Shown: positions 7,895-19,979, counted from the first letter of the stretch. The stretch is DNA of 64,000 bases from Candidatus Eiseniibacteriota bacterium (GCA_963762255.1 CAVXKA010000002.1:1024001-1088000); one strand, 5' to 3'. Notes: generated by a model from the sequence alone, not told the origin. Numbers and translations are program-made.

Positions 7895-10587
7895 GTCTTG
7901 GCGTCGACCGGCTCCACCTTCGGTGGAGTCCCTTCTATAGGAAGAAAGAATCGAAACGCGGTGCCGCCGCCGGGGCGGCTGTCCGCCCAGATGCGTCCCC
8001 CATGAGCCTCGACGATACCGCGACAGATGGACAGCCCCAACCCGAAGCCGCTCCGATCCTGGGAGGGGCGAGCGCGGTAGAACTTTTCGAAGACGCGTTC
8101 GCCGGCGCCCTCCGGCAGACCCGGGCCTCTGTCCGCGACTTCGACCTGCACTCCTCCCTCCTCGCTTCGGGCGGAGATCTCGATCGGGCTCTCCGCGGGC
8201 GTGTACTTCAGGGCGTTCTCGACGAGGTTCATGAGCACCTGCTCGATGAGAATGCCATCGAGCGGAACGAGCGGCAGCCCGTCGGGAATCTCGAGCCGCA
8301 CCGGACGGTTCCGCAAGTGCCGCTCCATGTGATTCAAGGTCGCTCCCACGACTTCCTCGATCGGCTGCCAATCCTTGTGTACGGCGATCGCGCCCGACTC
8401 GATGCGCATCATGTTGAGCAGGTTACTGACCATACGGCTCAACCGCTCCGCTTCGTCCACGATTGACTCGGCGAGTTCGCGCCGCGTGGCGTGATCGAGA
8501 GAGTTCTCCCCCTCCAGAAGACTGCTTGCCGCGCCGGTGATGGCTGCCAGCGGGGTACGCAGGTCGTGCGACACAGAACTCAGGAGGAGGCCGCGAAGCC
8601 GCTCGGTCTCCGCGCGCACGTGGGCTTCCTGGGCCTCGCGAGCGAGCGTCGCGCGCTCGATCACGAGCGCGGTTTGATCGGCGAACGCTTCGAGCAAGTG
8701 CATCTGCTCGGGATCGCGGGGTGGCCGGCCTCCCATGGGGAAGAGCCCGACCACACCCACCGAGCCTCTCGATGTCACGAGCGGAACATACATGGCCCCG
8801 GCCTTGGACAGGGTTTCGGTGCCGAGTCCGGCGGCTTGACCATGGGCGAAGGCCCAGCGGGCCACTTCAAGCTCCTTGGGGTCGAGCGGCAGGGTGGACG
8901 TGATGCCCGGCGCCTGCACGAGGCCTCCTTCGCCGTCCGGCAGGAGCACCCAGACTTCGCTCGCGAAGACCTCGCCGAGGTGATACTCAGCCCGCTTGAC
9001 GACATCCTCCACGGTGAGGCTACGCGCGAACTCGCGGCTCATGCGGTAGAGGGCCGCCGTCCGCTCCTCGCGCCGACGGTGCGATTCGGCCTGCTGCCGC
9101 AGTCGAACGGCAAGCGAGCTGATGGAGAGCGCCACCACCAGCATGACGCCGAAGGTGACGAAGTATTCGCTATCCTCCACCGTGAGGCTGAAATGCGGGG
9201 GCACATAGAAGAAGTCGAAGGCCACGACGCCGATGAGCGAGGCGAGCATAGCCGGGCCTCGTCCCCACACGATCGCCACGAAGACCACGCCGAGGAGATA
9301 GATCATCACCAGGTTCGGCGGCGAGAAGCTGGGGAACATGAGTCGCGCCAAACCGGTGGCCACCGCCATGACCGCGATCGCCAGCAGGTAGCTCCGCACG
9401 GGGCTATGCAGGCGAATGCGCGCACGAGTCGCGGGCGGCCCGTCTTCGGTCGCCCCCTGGATCACCGAGACGTCCATGTCATCGCTGTTGCGGATGAGGC
9501 TGTCCGCCACCGAGCCCAGCACGCGATCGCGCCACTTGGAAGTCATCGGCTTGCCGACGACGATCCTCGTCACGTTGCGGGTGCGCGCAAAAGCGAGAAT
9601 CTCCTCGCTCACCTTCTCGCCGATGATCCGCGCGGTCTGCGCGCCCAGCCGTTCGGCCAGGCGAAACACCTCGGCCACCCGCTCCTGATCGGCGGAGCTC
9701 TCACCGATGCGGCCCGGCTTCTCCACATGGAGCACGATCCACTCCGCCTGTATGCCCGCAGCGGTTCGAGCTGCCGCACGCACGACTTTCGCTGCATTGG
9801 GGCTCGCGCTGATGCAGACCAGGATGCGTTCCGCAACCGGCCACACCCCGGGGATCCCCTGGTCCCGCTTGTAGGTCTGCATCTGCGCGTCGACGCGTTC
9901 CGCCGTCCAGCGCAGCGCCAGCTCGCGCAATGCGATGAGGTTCCCCTTGCGGAAGAACCCCCGCAGGGCCCGTTCGGCCTGAGTGGGGACATAGACCTTG
10001 CCGTCCCGCAACCGCTGCAGCAGGTCGTCCGCGGTCAGGTCCACGAGCTCGATCTCGTCCGCCTCGATGAGGATCCGATCGGGGACCGTCTCCCGCACGA
10101 CCACCCCGGTGATGCGGGCAACGACGTCGTTGAGGCTGTCGAGGTGTTGGACGTTCACCGTGGTATAGACGTCAATGCCGGCAGCAAGGATCTCTTCGGC
10201 GTCCTGCCAGCGCTTGGCGTGTCGGGCGCCCGGAGCATTGGTGTGGGCCAGCTCGTCGAGAAGTAGAAGCGTCGGCTTGCGCTCGAGAGCGGCATCCAGA
10301 TCGAAGTCGCGCAATACGGCGCTGCGGTAGGCAACCTCGCGCGCCGGCAACCGCTCGAGCCCCGCAAGAAGCGCCTCGGTCTCCAGACGGCCGTGCGTCT
10401 CCACCCATCCCACGACGACCTCTACGCCCTCGCGCCGACGCGCCTGCGCCTGCTCGAGCATGGCGAAGGTCTTCCCGACGCCGGCGGTGGCACCGAAGAA
10501 CACCTTCAGCTTGCCGCGGCCTCGGCGGGTCTCTTCACTCTGAATGCGAGCGAGGAGTTCCTCTGAACTCGGACGTTCCTGGTTCAT
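7891..10587 (-). CDS. kdpD: KdpD sensor histidine kinase
   Basis: GKLKVFFGATAGVGKTFAML, DELAHTN and KRWQD; Usp domain, four TMs, GAF, SHDLRTPL H-box, HATPase. Confidence 0.96.
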   Translation of the reverse strand: MNQERPSSEELLARIQSEETRRGRGKLKVFFGATAGVGKTFAMLEQAQARRREGVEVVVGWVETHGRLETEALLAGLERLPAREVAYRSAVLRDFDLDAALERKPTLLLLDELAHTNAPGARHAKRWQDAEEILAAGIDVYTTVNVQHLDSLNDVVARITGVVVRETVPDRILIEADEIELVDLTADDLLQRLRDGKVYVPTQAERALRGFFRKGNLIALRELALRWTAERVDAQMQTYKRDQGIPGVWPVAERILVCISASPNAAKVVRAAARTAAGIQAEWIVLHVEKPGRIGESSADQERVAEVFRLAERLGAQTARIIGEKVSEEILAFARTRNVTRIVVGKPMTSKWRDRVLGSVADSLIRNSDDMDVSVIQGATEDGPPATRARIRLHSPVRSYLLAIAVMAVATGLARLMFPSFSPPNLVMIYLLGVVFVAIVWGRGPAMLASLIGVVAFDFFYVPPHFSLTVEDSEYFVTFGVMLVVALSISSLAVRLRQQAESHRRREERTAALYRMSREFARSLTVEDVVKRAEYHLGEVFASEVWVLLPDGEGGLVQAPGITSTLPLDPKELEVARWAFAHGQAAGLGTETLSKAGAMYVPLVTSRGSVGVVGLFPMGGRPPRDPEQMHLLEAFADQTALVIERATLAREAQEAHVRAETERLRGLLLSSVSHDLRTPLAAITGAASSLLEGENSLDHATRRELAESIVDEAERLSRMVSNLLNMMRIESGAIAVHKDWQPIEEVVGATLNHMERHLRNRPVRLEIPDGLPLVPLDGILIEQVLMNLVENALKYTPAESPIEISARSEEGGVQVEVADRGPGLPEGAGERVFEKFYRARPSQDRSGFGLGLSICRGIVEAHGGRIWADSRPGGGTAFRFFLPIEGTPPKVEPVDAKT

Positions 10588-10627
10588 GGATGACTCGCGC
10601 GCGTGGGATGGCATGCTTCGGTCCAGT

Positions 10628-11206
10628 CTAGGGCCGCCTGCCGGCTTCGTCGAGATCCAGGTTCAAGAGGAGGATGTTTACGCGCGGTTCGCCGAGAATC
10701 CCCCACTGTCGCCCCTGGACGCGGCGCGCCACCATCGCGCGAACCGCGGCTTCATCCAACCCGCGGGCGCGTGCGACCCGGGGCACCTGGAACATCGCGG
10801 CCTCCGGGCTCACGTCGGGATCGAGACCGCTTCCGGAGGCGGTGACGAGATCCACCGGCACCGGGGCGCGCCGGTCGGGATCCGCGTCCCGCAGCCGCGC
10901 CGCGCGCTCGCCGATCGCCGCCGCAAGCGCGGGGTTGGTCGGTCCCAGGTTGGACCCCGCCGAGGCCGCCGCGTTGTACGGCGGCGTGGTCGCGGACGGC
11001 CTGCCCCAGAAGTGCCGCGGGTCCGAGAAGGCCTGACCGATCAGCGCCGACCCCACTTCGCGGCCGTCGCGGACGACAAAGCTCCCCTCGGAGCGCGCCG
11101 GCCAGAAAACGCGCGCAATCAGCGTGATCGCGGCCGGGTACGCCACACCGGTCAGGAGCGTCATCACCACCAGCATCGCCAGCGAGTTCTTCATCACTTC
11201 ACGCAT
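10628..11206 (-). CDS. kdpC: K+-transporting ATPase subunit C
   Basis: GSALIGQ, FWGRPSA, VTASGSGLDP and GEPRVNIL motifs. Confidence 0.96.
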   Translation of the reverse strand: MREVMKNSLAMLVVMTLLTGVAYPAAITLIARVFWPARSEGSFVVRDGREVGSALIGQAFSDPRHFWGRPSATTPPYNAAASAGSNLGPTNPALAAAIGERAARLRDADPDRRAPVPVDLVTASGSGLDPDVSPEAAMFQVPRVARARGLDEAAVRAMVARRVQGRQWGILGEPRVNILLLNLDLDEAGRRP

Positions 11207-11217
11207 GGTTTGCCTCC

Positions 11218-13281
11218 TCAGGCCAGTCGCAACGCGGTCAGGACGAGATCGATGAGCTTGATGCCCACGAACGGCGCCACCATGCCGCCGAGCCCGTAGA
11301 CCAGGATGTTTCGCCTCAGAAGCGCTTTGGCCCCCACCGGCCGGTACTTCACACCGCGCAACGCGAGCGGGATCAGGGCGACGATGATCAGCGCGTTGAA
11401 GATGACCGCGGAGAGGATCGCGCTCTCGGGGGTGGCCAGATGGAGGATGTTCAGCACCCCCATGGCCGGGTAGATGCCGACAAAGGCGGCGGGGAGGATC
11501 GCGAAGTACTTGGCGATGTCGTTGGCGATGCTGAACGTGGTGAGCGCGCCCCGCGTCATCAGGAGCTGCTTGCCGATCTCGACGATCTCGATGAGCTTGG
11601 TCGGATTGGAATCGAGATCCACCATGTTCCCGGCTTCCTTGGCCGCCTGGGTGCCGGTGTTCATCGCCACGGCCACGTCCGCTTGCGCGAGCGCGGGGGC
11701 GTCGTTGGTCCCGTCGCCGGCCATGGCCACGAGGTGGCCGTCGGCCTGGTGGCGGCGGATGAGTTCGAGTTTGGCCTCTGGGGTCGCCTCGGCGAGGTAG
11801 TCGTCGACTCCCGCTTCGGCGGCGATGGCTGCGGCGGTGAGCGGGTTATCGCCGGTGATCATCACGGTGCGGATGCCCATGCGGCGGAGCTGGTCGAAGC
11901 GCTCGCGAATGCCTCCCTTGACCACGTCCCGCAGGTCGATGACCCCGAGCGCCTCGGCGCGCCGCGCGACGACGAGCGGGGTACCGCCCTCGCGCGCGAT
12001 TCGCTCCACGACGGCCGTTACGGAGTCGGGCACTCGCCCGCCCTGTCCACGAATGTATTCGGCCACCGCGTCCGCGGCGCCCTTGCGGATCTCGTCGTGC
12101 TCGAGGTCCACGCCGCTCATGCGGGTGCGCGCGCTGAACGGCACGAACCGAGCGCCGAGCGCCACCGCATCCACTTCGCGCAGGTTGTACTCGCGCTTGG
12201 CCAGCACCACGATGCTTCTTCCTTCGGGGGTCTCGTCCGCGAGCGAGGCAAGCTGCGCGGCCTCGGCGACCGCCTCCGCCGAGTGAGTTCCAGCCGGCAC
12301 AAACGCGACGGCCTGACGGTCGCCCAACGTGATGGTTCCGGTCTTGTCGAGGAGCAGCACATCCACATCGCCCGCCGCTTCCACCGCGCGCCCCGACATC
12401 GCGAGCACGTTGGCGCGGATGAGTCGGTCCATGCCGGCGATCCCGATGGATGAGAGGAGACCTCCGATCGTGGTCGGGATGAGGCACACGAGGAGCGCCA
12501 CGAGCACCGTGATGGGCACCGGGCTCCCCTGACCCGAAGTGCGCACGCTGTAGATCGAGAACGGAAGCAGCGTGACGGTGGCCACCAGGAAGACAACGGT
12601 GAGCGAGGCGAGCAGGATCGTGAGCGCGATCTCGTTCGGGGTCTTCTGACGACGCGCGCCTTCGACCATTCCAATCATGCGATCCAGAAAGGTCTCGCCC
12701 GGGTCGGAGGTGACGCGCACGATGAGCCAGTCGGAGAGGACCCGTGTGCCGCCGGTCACCGCGCTGCGGTCGCCTCCGCTCTCGCGGATGACCGGGGCGC
12801 TCTCGCCGGTAATGGCGCTCTCGTCCACCGAAGCGATCCCCTCCACCACTTCGCCGTCCATCGGGATGAACTCCCCGGTGCCGACGTAGACAACGTCTCC
12901 CTTGCGCAGCTCGGTCGCAGCCACGTCAGTGCGCGGGGCGTCCACCGAGGGGGATGTGAGCTTGTGTGCGAGGAGGCCTCGGCGGGCGGCCCGCAACGAT
13001 TCGGCTTGCGCTCGCCCGCGCCCCTCCGCGACTGCTTCCGCGAAGTTCGCGAAGAGAAGCGTGGTCCAGAGCCAGAGGGTGACCGCAAGGATGAAGCGCG
13101 GGGGCGCCTCGCCCCGGCCCAGCACGGACTGGACATAGAGAATCGTCGTGAGCACGCAGCCGACCCAAACCACGAACATGACCGGGTTGCGGATCTGCCG
13201 TCGCGGGTCGAGCCGGCGAAACGCGTCGGCGACGGCGCGCCGCAGAAGCGGTCCGTCAAGCAAGGCCGAAGAAGTCTTCAC
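11218..13281 (-). CDS. kdpB: K+-transporting P-type ATPase subunit B
   Basis: DKTGTIT phosphorylation site; TGES; [10 protein letters not shown]. Confidence 0.97.
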   Translation of the reverse strand: MKTSSALLDGPLLRRAVADAFRRLDPRRQIRNPVMFVVWVGCVLTTILYVQSVLGRGEAPPRFILAVTLWLWTTLLFANFAEAVAEGRGRAQAESLRAARRGLLAHKLTSPSVDAPRTDVAATELRKGDVVYVGTGEFIPMDGEVVEGIASVDESAITGESAPVIRESGGDRSAVTGGTRVLSDWLIVRVTSDPGETFLDRMIGMVEGARRQKTPNEIALTILLASLTVVFLVATVTLLPFSIYSVRTSGQGSPVPITVLVALLVCLIPTTIGGLLSSIGIAGMDRLIRANVLAMSGRAVEAAGDVDVLLLDKTGTITLGDRQAVAFVPAGTHSAEAVAEAAQLASLADETPEGRSIVVLAKREYNLREVDAVALGARFVPFSARTRMSGVDLEHDEIRKGAADAVAEYIRGQGGRVPDSVTAVVERIAREGGTPLVVARRAEALGVIDLRDVVKGGIRERFDQLRRMGIRTVMITGDNPLTAAAIAAEAGVDDYLAEATPEAKLELIRRHQADGHLVAMAGDGTNDAPALAQADVAVAMNTGTQAAKEAGNMVDLDSNPTKLIEIVEIGKQLLMTRGALTTFSIANDIAKYFAILPAAFVGIYPAMGVLNILHLATPESAILSAVIFNALIIVALIPLALRGVKYRPVGAKALLRRNILVYGLGGMVAPFVGIKLIDLVLTALRLA

Positions 13282-13297
13282 GATCGATCACGCTCCT

Positions 13298-14968
13298 TCA
13301 TCGTGCCACGCCGCCGTGGCTGATTGCCTCGGCGATCGGGCCCAGCGCGAGGGCTGGCAAGAAGGTCAGGGCCCCGACCAGGATCACGACCCCGATCAGC
13401 ACCAGCACGAAGAGGGGGCTGCTGGTGGGCAGCGTGCCGGAACCCGCGGGGACTCGCTTCTTGGCGGCAAGCGATCCGGCCAAAGCCAGCGCCGGGATCG
13501 CGACCGCGTAGCGAGCGATAATCATGGCCGCGGCGAGCAATGCGCAATAGAAGCCGCCTGAGGCATCGAGCCCGGCGAAAGCGCTTCCATTGTTGTTGCC
13601 CGCCGACGAGAGCGCGTAGAGGATCTCGCTGAAACCGTGCGGACCCGGGTTCAGGACAGTTGCCCTGCCCGCCTCCGTTGAGACCGCAAGAGCGGTCCCT
13701 CCCAGCACGACGATCGGGCAGATGAGGATCATGAGGACCGCCATCTGGATCTCGCGGGTTTCCACCTTCTTCCCCAAGTACTCCGGCGTTCGCCCGACCA
13801 TGAGCCCGGCAATGAAGACGGCCACCAGCACAAACGCGAGCATTCCGTAGAGGCCGGAGCCGACACCGCCGAACACGACCTCGCCGAGCTGCATGAGGGC
13901 GAGAGGGACGAGTCCGCCGAGCGGGGTGAAGGAATCGTGCATGGCGTTCACCGACCCGTTGGACGCGGCGGTGGTCGCGGTCGCCCAGAGCGCGGATATG
14001 GCGGACCCGAACCGCACATCCTTGCCCTCCATGCTTCCGCCCGCCTGCTCCTGAACCACGGTGACGGCGAGGAACGCGACGAAGAGCGCGGTCATCGCGG
14101 CGAGAATGGCCCACCCCTGCCGCGTATCCCCCACCATCTTTCCGAACGTGAGGCAGAGCGCGGCGGGGATGAGGAGGATGGCCAGCATCTCGAGGAAGTT
14201 GCTGAGCGGCGTCGGGTTCTCGAAGGGGTGCGCCGAGTTCGTGTTGAAGAAACCGCCGCCGTTGGTGCCAAGCTGCTTGATTGCCACCTGGGAAGCCGCT
14301 GGGCCGACGGCCACGAGCTGCTCCGCGCCGGATTCGACGGCGGCGACCTGATGATAGGGCGCGAAGCTCTGCACCACCCCCTGTGAGACGAGCGCGATCG
14401 CAAGGACGACGGAGAGGGGCAGCAGGATATATAGGACGCTGCGGACCATGTCCACCCAGAAGTTGCCGATGGTCGCCGCCGAGTGGCGCGCGATTCCGCG
14501 GATCAGCGCAACCAGAACCGCCATGCCCGCGGCGGCGGAAACGAAGTTCTGCACGGTGAGGCCTGCCATCTGGGTGAGGTAGCTCATCGTCGCTTCCCCG
14601 CCGTAGGCCTGCCAGTTGGTGTTGGTGACGAAACTCACCGCGGTGTTGAATGCGACCGCGATGCCGACGCCCGGAAGACCCTGCGGGTTGAGCGGGAGGA
14701 CTCCCTGAAGCAGTTCAAGGGCAAAGAGCGCAATGAAGCCGATCGCGTTGAAAGCCAGGAAGGCGATCGCGTATTGCCTCCAGGTCATCTCCGCGTCGGC
14801 GCGCACACCGCACGCGCGGTAGACCACCCGCTCCAGCGGCCGGAGGAACCGCATCGCGCGCGGGATGTCGCCTTCATAGACGCGTGCCATGAAGAGTCCC
14901 AGCGGCCTGGCCAAGCCCAGTATGAGCGCCAGGTAGAGGCCGATCTGAATCCAGGAGGTGGCGTTCAC
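13298..14968 (-). CDS. kdpA: K+-transporting ATPase subunit A
   Basis: [20 protein letters not shown] and NNGSAFAGL motifs; GTG start at 14968 overlaps the kdpF stop. Confidence 0.96.
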   Translation of the reverse strand: MNATSWIQIGLYLALILGLARPLGLFMARVYEGDIPRAMRFLRPLERVVYRACGVRADAEMTWRQYAIAFLAFNAIGFIALFALELLQGVLPLNPQGLPGVGIAVAFNTAVSFVTNTNWQAYGGEATMSYLTQMAGLTVQNFVSAAAGMAVLVALIRGIARHSAATIGNFWVDMVRSVLYILLPLSVVLAIALVSQGVVQSFAPYHQVAAVESGAEQLVAVGPAASQVAIKQLGTNGGGFFNTNSAHPFENPTPLSNFLEMLAILLIPAALCLTFGKMVGDTRQGWAILAAMTALFVAFLAVTVVQEQAGGSMEGKDVRFGSAISALWATATTAASNGSVNAMHDSFTPLGGLVPLALMQLGEVVFGGVGSGLYGMLAFVLVAVFIAGLMVGRTPEYLGKKVETREIQMAVLMILICPIVVLGGTALAVSTEAGRATVLNPGPHGFSEILYALSSAGNNNGSAFAGLDASGGFYCALLAAAMIIARYAVAIPALALAGSLAAKKRVPAGSGTLPTSSPLFVLVLIGVVILVGALTFLPALALGPIAEAISHGGVAR

Positions 14969-15057
14969 GAGAACAGCTCCGGCTTGAAGATGGCCACGAA
15001 CAAGTACACGAGCAGGATCACCGCGATCACCGCGCCGACGATTTGGAAGAGGTTCAT
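14965..15057 (-). CDS. kdpF: KdpF small membrane subunit, 30 aa (below the ORF-track cutoff)
   Basis: Manual translation [30 protein letters not shown]; YL..A...PE.F signature; RBS AAGGAG; immediately upstream of kdpA. Confidence 0.9.
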   Translation of the reverse strand: MNLFQIVGAVIAVILLVYLFVAIFKPELFS

Positions 15058-15113
15058 GGGTCGCTCCTTGATCCGCACCGCGGATCCCATGCGATACGGT
15101 AGGCCTGGAACGA

Positions 15114-15162
15114 GTCAAGGCGGCGTCAGGATCGGGTGGGGACGCATCAAGAAACGGTAAGG
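15114..15162 (-). promoter_or_regulatory. Putative KdpE-binding direct repeats
   Basis: Two pairs of TCAAG/TCAGG/GTAAG-like repeats at 10-11 bp spacing upstream of kdpF, as expected for OmpR-family sites. Confidence 0.4.
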
Positions 15163-15337
15163 ATCCCAGGGTAGCACAGGAGCCTGCCCGGTCCCGTGCC
15201 CCGGGCCATTGCGCGTGAGGAGCTTCTGTGTCTTCGCGGTGGCTCGACTTGTCCCCCGAGATCGTTCAGAATACCCGCAGTTTGCAGCTCATCCTCGGCC
15301 GCGCCGGGCGCGGTCCGACCAAGAAGGAGGCGGTGCG

Positions 15338-16367
15338 GTGCGGCAACCGGTTGTCTTGATCACGGGAGCGAACGGGGAAGTGGGGCACGGGCTCATCAAG
15401 GGCCTGTCGGCGGATGGACACAAGGACATCCTGGCCATGGATCTGGACCCGGTGGACGAGCGCCTGGCAGAGCACTGTCGCGCCACGTTCGTCGGGAACA
15501 TCCTGGATCGTCAGCTCATCGGACGGATCGTGAGCGAGTACGAGGTGCGGGAGATCTATCACCTGGCCGCGCTCCTCTCGACTCGTGCGGAGTACACCCC
15601 CGAGACCGCGCACCAGGTAAACGTCGAGGGGACGATGGGGCTCCTGCAGCTCGCGCTCGAGCAGTCGAGCTGGCGCGGCGAACCGGTCAAGTTCCTCTAT
15701 CCGTCGTCCATCGCAGTGTTCGGGATGCCCGATCTCGCGACGAAAGAGCGCGCGGGCAAGGTCAAGGAATACGAGTGGACCTCCCCCACCACGATGTACG
15801 GCTGCAACAAGCTGTACACGGAGAACCTCGGCAGGTACTTCGCCGACAACTACCGGCAGCTCGCCGCCGACACCAACGGACGCAAGGTGGACTTCCGCTG
15901 CTTGCGCTACCCGGGGATCATCAGCGCGGAGACGATGCCGACCGGAGGCACGAGCGACTTCGCTCCCGGAGATGGTGCATGCCGCCGCCAAGGGCGAGCC
16001 GTACGCGTGCTTCGTGCGCGAGGACTCGATCATCCCGTTCATGGTGATGCCGGATGCGATCAAGGCGATGCGGCTCCTGGCCGCCGCCGACCGCACACAG
16101 CTCAAGCGGCGCGTATACAACGTCACGAGCTGGAGTCTGACCGCGGGCGAGATCCGCAAGCGCGTCCTGCGAGCCTTCCCCAAGGCCGAGATCACGTTCG
16201 AGCCCGACACGAAGCGTCAGGCGATCGTGGACACCTGGCCGTTGGACGTGGACGACGGGCCCGCGCGGCGTGAGTGGGGCTGGATGCCCGACTACGACGT
16301 GAACCGGTCCTTCGACGAGTACCTGGTGCCGGAGATCAAGAAGCGGTATTCGGGGGCGAAGGCCTGA
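15338..16367 (+). CDS. NAD-dependent epimerase / L-threonine 3-dehydrogenase-like, with a +1 frameshift near 15965
   Basis: ITGANGEVG, YHLAALLS, YGCNK (YxxxK) and RYPGII motifs; ...GGTSDFAP continues as EMVHAAAKG in ORF 15972-16367. Confidence 0.85.
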
Positions 16368-16466
16368 TAGATCGCGGCTTGAGCGCGATTTTTCGACTAT
16401 ACTAGCTTCACGGAAGCCGGTGTCCCACCCCATGCAGTCCAACCCGGCATCCGGCCGGAGGCTGCC

Positions 16467-19400
16467 GTGGTTCACCGCAGGGGGCTCGCCTCGTTCCTGG
16501 CCGTCAGCGCCGTCCTGACCGGCGTGATCTGGTCCTGGTCCGCCGGGGCGCCGCGGCCGTTGCCTGCCTTTGAGCCGGTGGCCGGCGTCATGCCTCTCTC
16601 CTCAGGCGACGCGAACAGTCCCGCGCTCAGCTCCGGTGTGAATGACACCTTCTACTTCGGCGGCACTCGGTGGGCCCCCGACTCCTCCCGCTGGGAGGCG
16701 ATCCCCGACTCCGTGTGGACGTTCGAGACCGGGGTGGGCTCGCACTACCAGCATCCGGCCGGGTCGTGCAAGGGCCCGAGCTTTCATGAGCTGATGGAGG
16801 GGTGGGTAGGCGCAGACCCCGGTTCCGAGTCCGTCGCCAGATTTCGCAGGCTGGGAACGAGTGCCTTCTCGGGCACGCCCTGTGTCGGCGCGGCGGGAGG
16901 TCTAGCGGGCAGCTACTCGTTCTGGGCGGGGCTCTTGGAGGCCGAAGCCGACTCGCTCTGCTGGGCCAGCGGCCAGGGATACGGGAACAACTGGAGCATC
17001 TGCATCGTCAAGGAGATCGCATATGACGGCGCAGGGTGTCTGCATCTCGACTACCGATATCAAGTGGACGTCGAACCCGGCTGGGACTACGTCTTTGTCA
17101 TGGTTGACACCACGGGAGCTCTTCCCGACACCGGGGGAGTCCAGGTCAGGACGTATACCGGGCCAGCAACCGGTACGGAGAACTTGACCCTCACGGCGGG
17201 AACCAACCTCCCCAGCCAGACCGGTCCGATCCGCGTCAAGTTCTGCGTTCAGTCGGACGGCGCGTACTCCGACGAGGACGGTCTATACGGAACATCGTGC
17301 GGTGCATTTGGCGTGGACGACATCCACATTTGGAACACGAACTGCGGGGGCGCCATCGATGACCTGTCCACATTCGAGACCGGAAGCGACGGTTGGGTCA
17401 CCGAGGCGCCGTGTCTGAACGGGGGTGACCTGTCGCGTATCGTCCCGGTGAGCGAGCTGCCCTGGCCCCCCGGCTACACAGGTGGATGTGATCTCGGAGA
17501 TTCGGTGTTGGCCTTCTACGACTCCGCGACCGGCGGGCATCCGCTCAGCCAGATCGAGAACTTCGCGGTGTCTCCATGGATAGACCTCAAGGCGGCGGAC
17601 AAGGTCGGATTCCCGAAGCGGTTTCTCGAGTTCGGTGGGTACTACGAACTCCCCCTCCGCAACTACATCTTCGTAGCTGCCTACGCTCAGTGGTATCCAG
17701 CGATTTGCTCGATCACAGGGCGCGTGCAGATGAGCGCCATCACCAGCGATGGCTACCCGCGCTACTTTGGCGGAGTGCCGACGTGCGCGGGTGCCGTGCC
17801 GCGTCGCATCGACTTCACCTCCTTCGTACCTTCCACTGCCGAGCAGGTCCGGGTGGGGGTCGGAGTCATCAACTACTGCCAATGGTACGGGGACTGCACG
17901 CACGTCACCAACTCGACCCCGTGGTTCGATGACGTCCGGTTCGGGGTAACCACGACCAATACCATTCAATCGTTGGTGGACGCGGCAGCGCCCGGGGACA
18001 CCGTTATCGTCGGCGCAGGTACCTACACCGGCAATGGTTACAGGAACATCACCTTCCACGGAAAGGAGATCGTGCTGCTGGCCACTGCGGGCCCGGAACA
18101 CACGATCATCGACTGCCAGGGCGCGGCGCGGGGGTTTGTGATCGACAGCGGCGAGGATTCTACGCTGGTGATCGACGGGTTCACCGTGCGGAACGGTAAG
18201 GCGCCGGCGACGACCGAATACCCCTACATCGATGACGGCGGAGCGGTTCTGGTCTCCGGGGAGGCTCATCCGACCTTCAGGAACTGCCGGCTGGAGTCTT
18301 CGCTCGCCGACGCCGGGGGCGGCGTGTACGTGGCATCTCTGTGCGGGATCTTGCTGGAGGGTTGCATACTGGAGGCAGACAGCACTCGCTCCTACAGTGG
18401 AGTCGGCCTCCACAGTGAACCCGGGACGACCGTGCGAATCACAGGCAGCGAAATCCGCGACAACGGCCGCGGATACGGCCTCCGAACGCGCGGAGCGGCG
18501 CAAGTGGATTCCAGCTCGATCCACGATAACCATGGCGTCGGCATGCTCCTTTGGGGCTCAAGCCGTGTGAGCGATTGCACGATCGTCGACAACTGGGGCG
18601 GCGGAATCGAGGGGGCATCTCTCGTGCAGCGCTGTCTCATCAGCAGGAATGGAGGAGAAGGCGTCTCATCCTCGGGGACAATTGAAGACTGTACGATCAC
18701 TGCGAATCACGGCACGGGCGTCGACGGCGGAGGCGTGATCCGGGATTGCCTCATCTCGGAGAATGATGATCGAGGCGTGGACTTCGGGGGCGGCGGCGGC
18801 GAGATCCACAACTGCCTCATCACCGGCAATCGGTACGGAGGCGTGACGTTGGGATTCGCGCTTCTTGATTCCTGCACCGTGATGGGCAACGGCTCCCCGA
18901 ACCTTGGCGTTGGTGGGGGCGTCTTCGTGTTTTTCGAGTTCCCGTTCCTTGCGGGAACACCTGGACATCCGCTCAACACGGACGATCGCGCAAGAACCCT
19001 CTCCGGGGAGTCCAGCGCAGCCAGCTCGGCCTACTTCGGAATCCCGACGATCCGGGATTGCATCGTCACCGGGAACGCAGCGGCGCACGGAGGCGGCATA
19101 GCCTTCTCCTGGGATCAGGTCATGCCCAACTATGGCCAGCTGATCCGCAGCACCGTAAGCGGCAACCGTGCAACAACCGGCGGGGGGTTGGCGCTCCAAT
19201 ACGACTACCAGCTCCACGTGGAGGACTGCGTCATCTGGGGCAATTGCGCGGATGACTCGGGAGATGAGATCCACACGCAGAACGACTCCACGACCGTCAC
19301 GTTCCTCTGCTCTGCCATCGATTCCGCCGGATTCGCCGGTCCCGGAAGGTTCGTCTACAACGGCCCGCAGGTCTTCACCGACCCGTTCTTCTGCTCCCCC

Positions 19401-19823
19401 GCTTCCTGCTACGGGACCCCGACCACCGCGGGGGACTACCACCTCACCGCCGGTTCTCCCTGCCTTCCTGAGTCGAGCCCCTGCGACTCGCTGATCGGGG
19501 CGCTGGGCATGGGGTGCAGCACGACTGGCGTACCGGACGACCGGCCACCGTTGCCGCTCACCGCGTCGCTACGTGCGTTTCCCAACCCGTTCCGGGCGGA
19601 TGTGACGTTCATCGTCGGCGTGCCGGCCGACGCGACGGGGAGCATCGAGATCTTCGACGTGCGGGGGCGGCGCGTTCGCGCGTTCGAAGCACGCGCCGGG
19701 GAGACCGCCCTGCGCTGGGACGGGCGTTCGGAGCAAGGTGTCTCGCTGCCCCAAGGGCTCTACTTCGTCCGTCTGCACGCGGGCGCGGAGTTCAGGACGC
19801 AGAGAGTGATCCTGATGCATTGA
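16467..19823 (+). CDS. Large secreted Cys-rich protein: N-terminal beta-sandwich region, right-handed beta-helix, C-terminal FlgD-Ig/T9SS-like domain
   Basis: Signal peptide; TIQSLVDAAAPGDTVIV...GFTV.NG beta-helix start; repeated (D/N)CxIxxN and GGG; C-terminal PNPF...IFDVRGRRV...WDG...GLYFVRL. Confidence 0.85.
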   Translation: MVHRRGLASFLAVSAVLTGVIWSWSAGAPRPLPAFEPVAGVMPLSSGDANSPALSSGVNDTFYFGGTRWAPDSSRWEAIPDSVWTFETGVGSHYQHPAGSCKGPSFHELMEGWVGADPGSESVARFRRLGTSAFSGTPCVGAAGGLAGSYSFWAGLLEAEADSLCWASGQGYGNNWSICIVKEIAYDGAGCLHLDYRYQVDVEPGWDYVFVMVDTTGALPDTGGVQVRTYTGPATGTENLTLTAGTNLPSQTGPIRVKFCVQSDGAYSDEDGLYGTSCGAFGVDDIHIWNTNCGGAIDDLSTFETGSDGWVTEAPCLNGGDLSRIVPVSELPWPPGYTGGCDLGDSVLAFYDSATGGHPLSQIENFAVSPWIDLKAADKVGFPKRFLEFGGYYELPLRNYIFVAAYAQWYPAICSITGRVQMSAITSDGYPRYFGGVPTCAGAVPRRIDFTSFVPSTAEQVRVGVGVINYCQWYGDCTHVTNSTPWFDDVRFGVTTTNTIQSLVDAAAPGDTVIVGAGTYTGNGYRNITFHGKEIVLLATAGPEHTIIDCQGAARGFVIDSGEDSTLVIDGFTVRNGKAPATTEYPYIDDGGAVLVSGEAHPTFRNCRLESSLADAGGGVYVASLCGILLEGCILEADSTRSYSGVGLHSEPGTTVRITGSEIRDNGRGYGLRTRGAAQVDSSSIHDNHGVGMLLWGSSRVSDCTIVDNWGGGIEGASLVQRCLISRNGGEGVSSSGTIEDCTITANHGTGVDGGGVIRDCLISENDDRGVDFGGGGGEIHNCLITGNRYGGVTLGFALLDSCTVMGNGSPNLGVGGGVFVFFEFPFLAGTPGHPLNTDDRARTLSGESSAASSAYFGIPTIRDCIVTGNAAAHGGGIAFSWDQVMPNYGQLIRSTVSGNRATTGGGLALQYDYQLHVEDCVIWGNCADDSGDEIHTQNDSTTVTFLCSAIDSAGFAGPGRFVYNGPQVFTDPFFCSPASCYGTPTTAGDYHLTAGSPCLPESSPCDSLIGALGMGCSTTGVPDDRPPLPLTASLRAFPNPFRADVTFIVGVPADATGSIEIFDVRGRRVRAFEARAGETALRWDGRSEQGVSLPQGLYFVRLHAGAEFRTQRVILMH

Positions 19824-19920
19824 TCACCCGGGTGAGCATCCCGTTTACCCGGGGAAAATGGTGCGTGTTAACCGCGCCGTCGGCGTGGCGACCCGATGAT
19901 CACCCGGGTGATCATCACGC
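19821..19920. repeat. 100-bp palindrome-rich element, copy 1
   Basis: Matches 23224-23323 at 96 of 100 positions by eye; contains the perfect 22-bp palindrome GATGATCACCCGGGTGATCATC (19895-19916). Confidence 0.85.
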
Positions 19921-19979
19921 AACACGAACATCGGCGCTGGTCCCACGCAGGTCTTGCCGATGGCGAACCGAGGTGGAAC

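Noticed and set aside
19821-19920. CRISPR array
   Set aside because: No regularly spaced repeat-spacer units and no cas genes.
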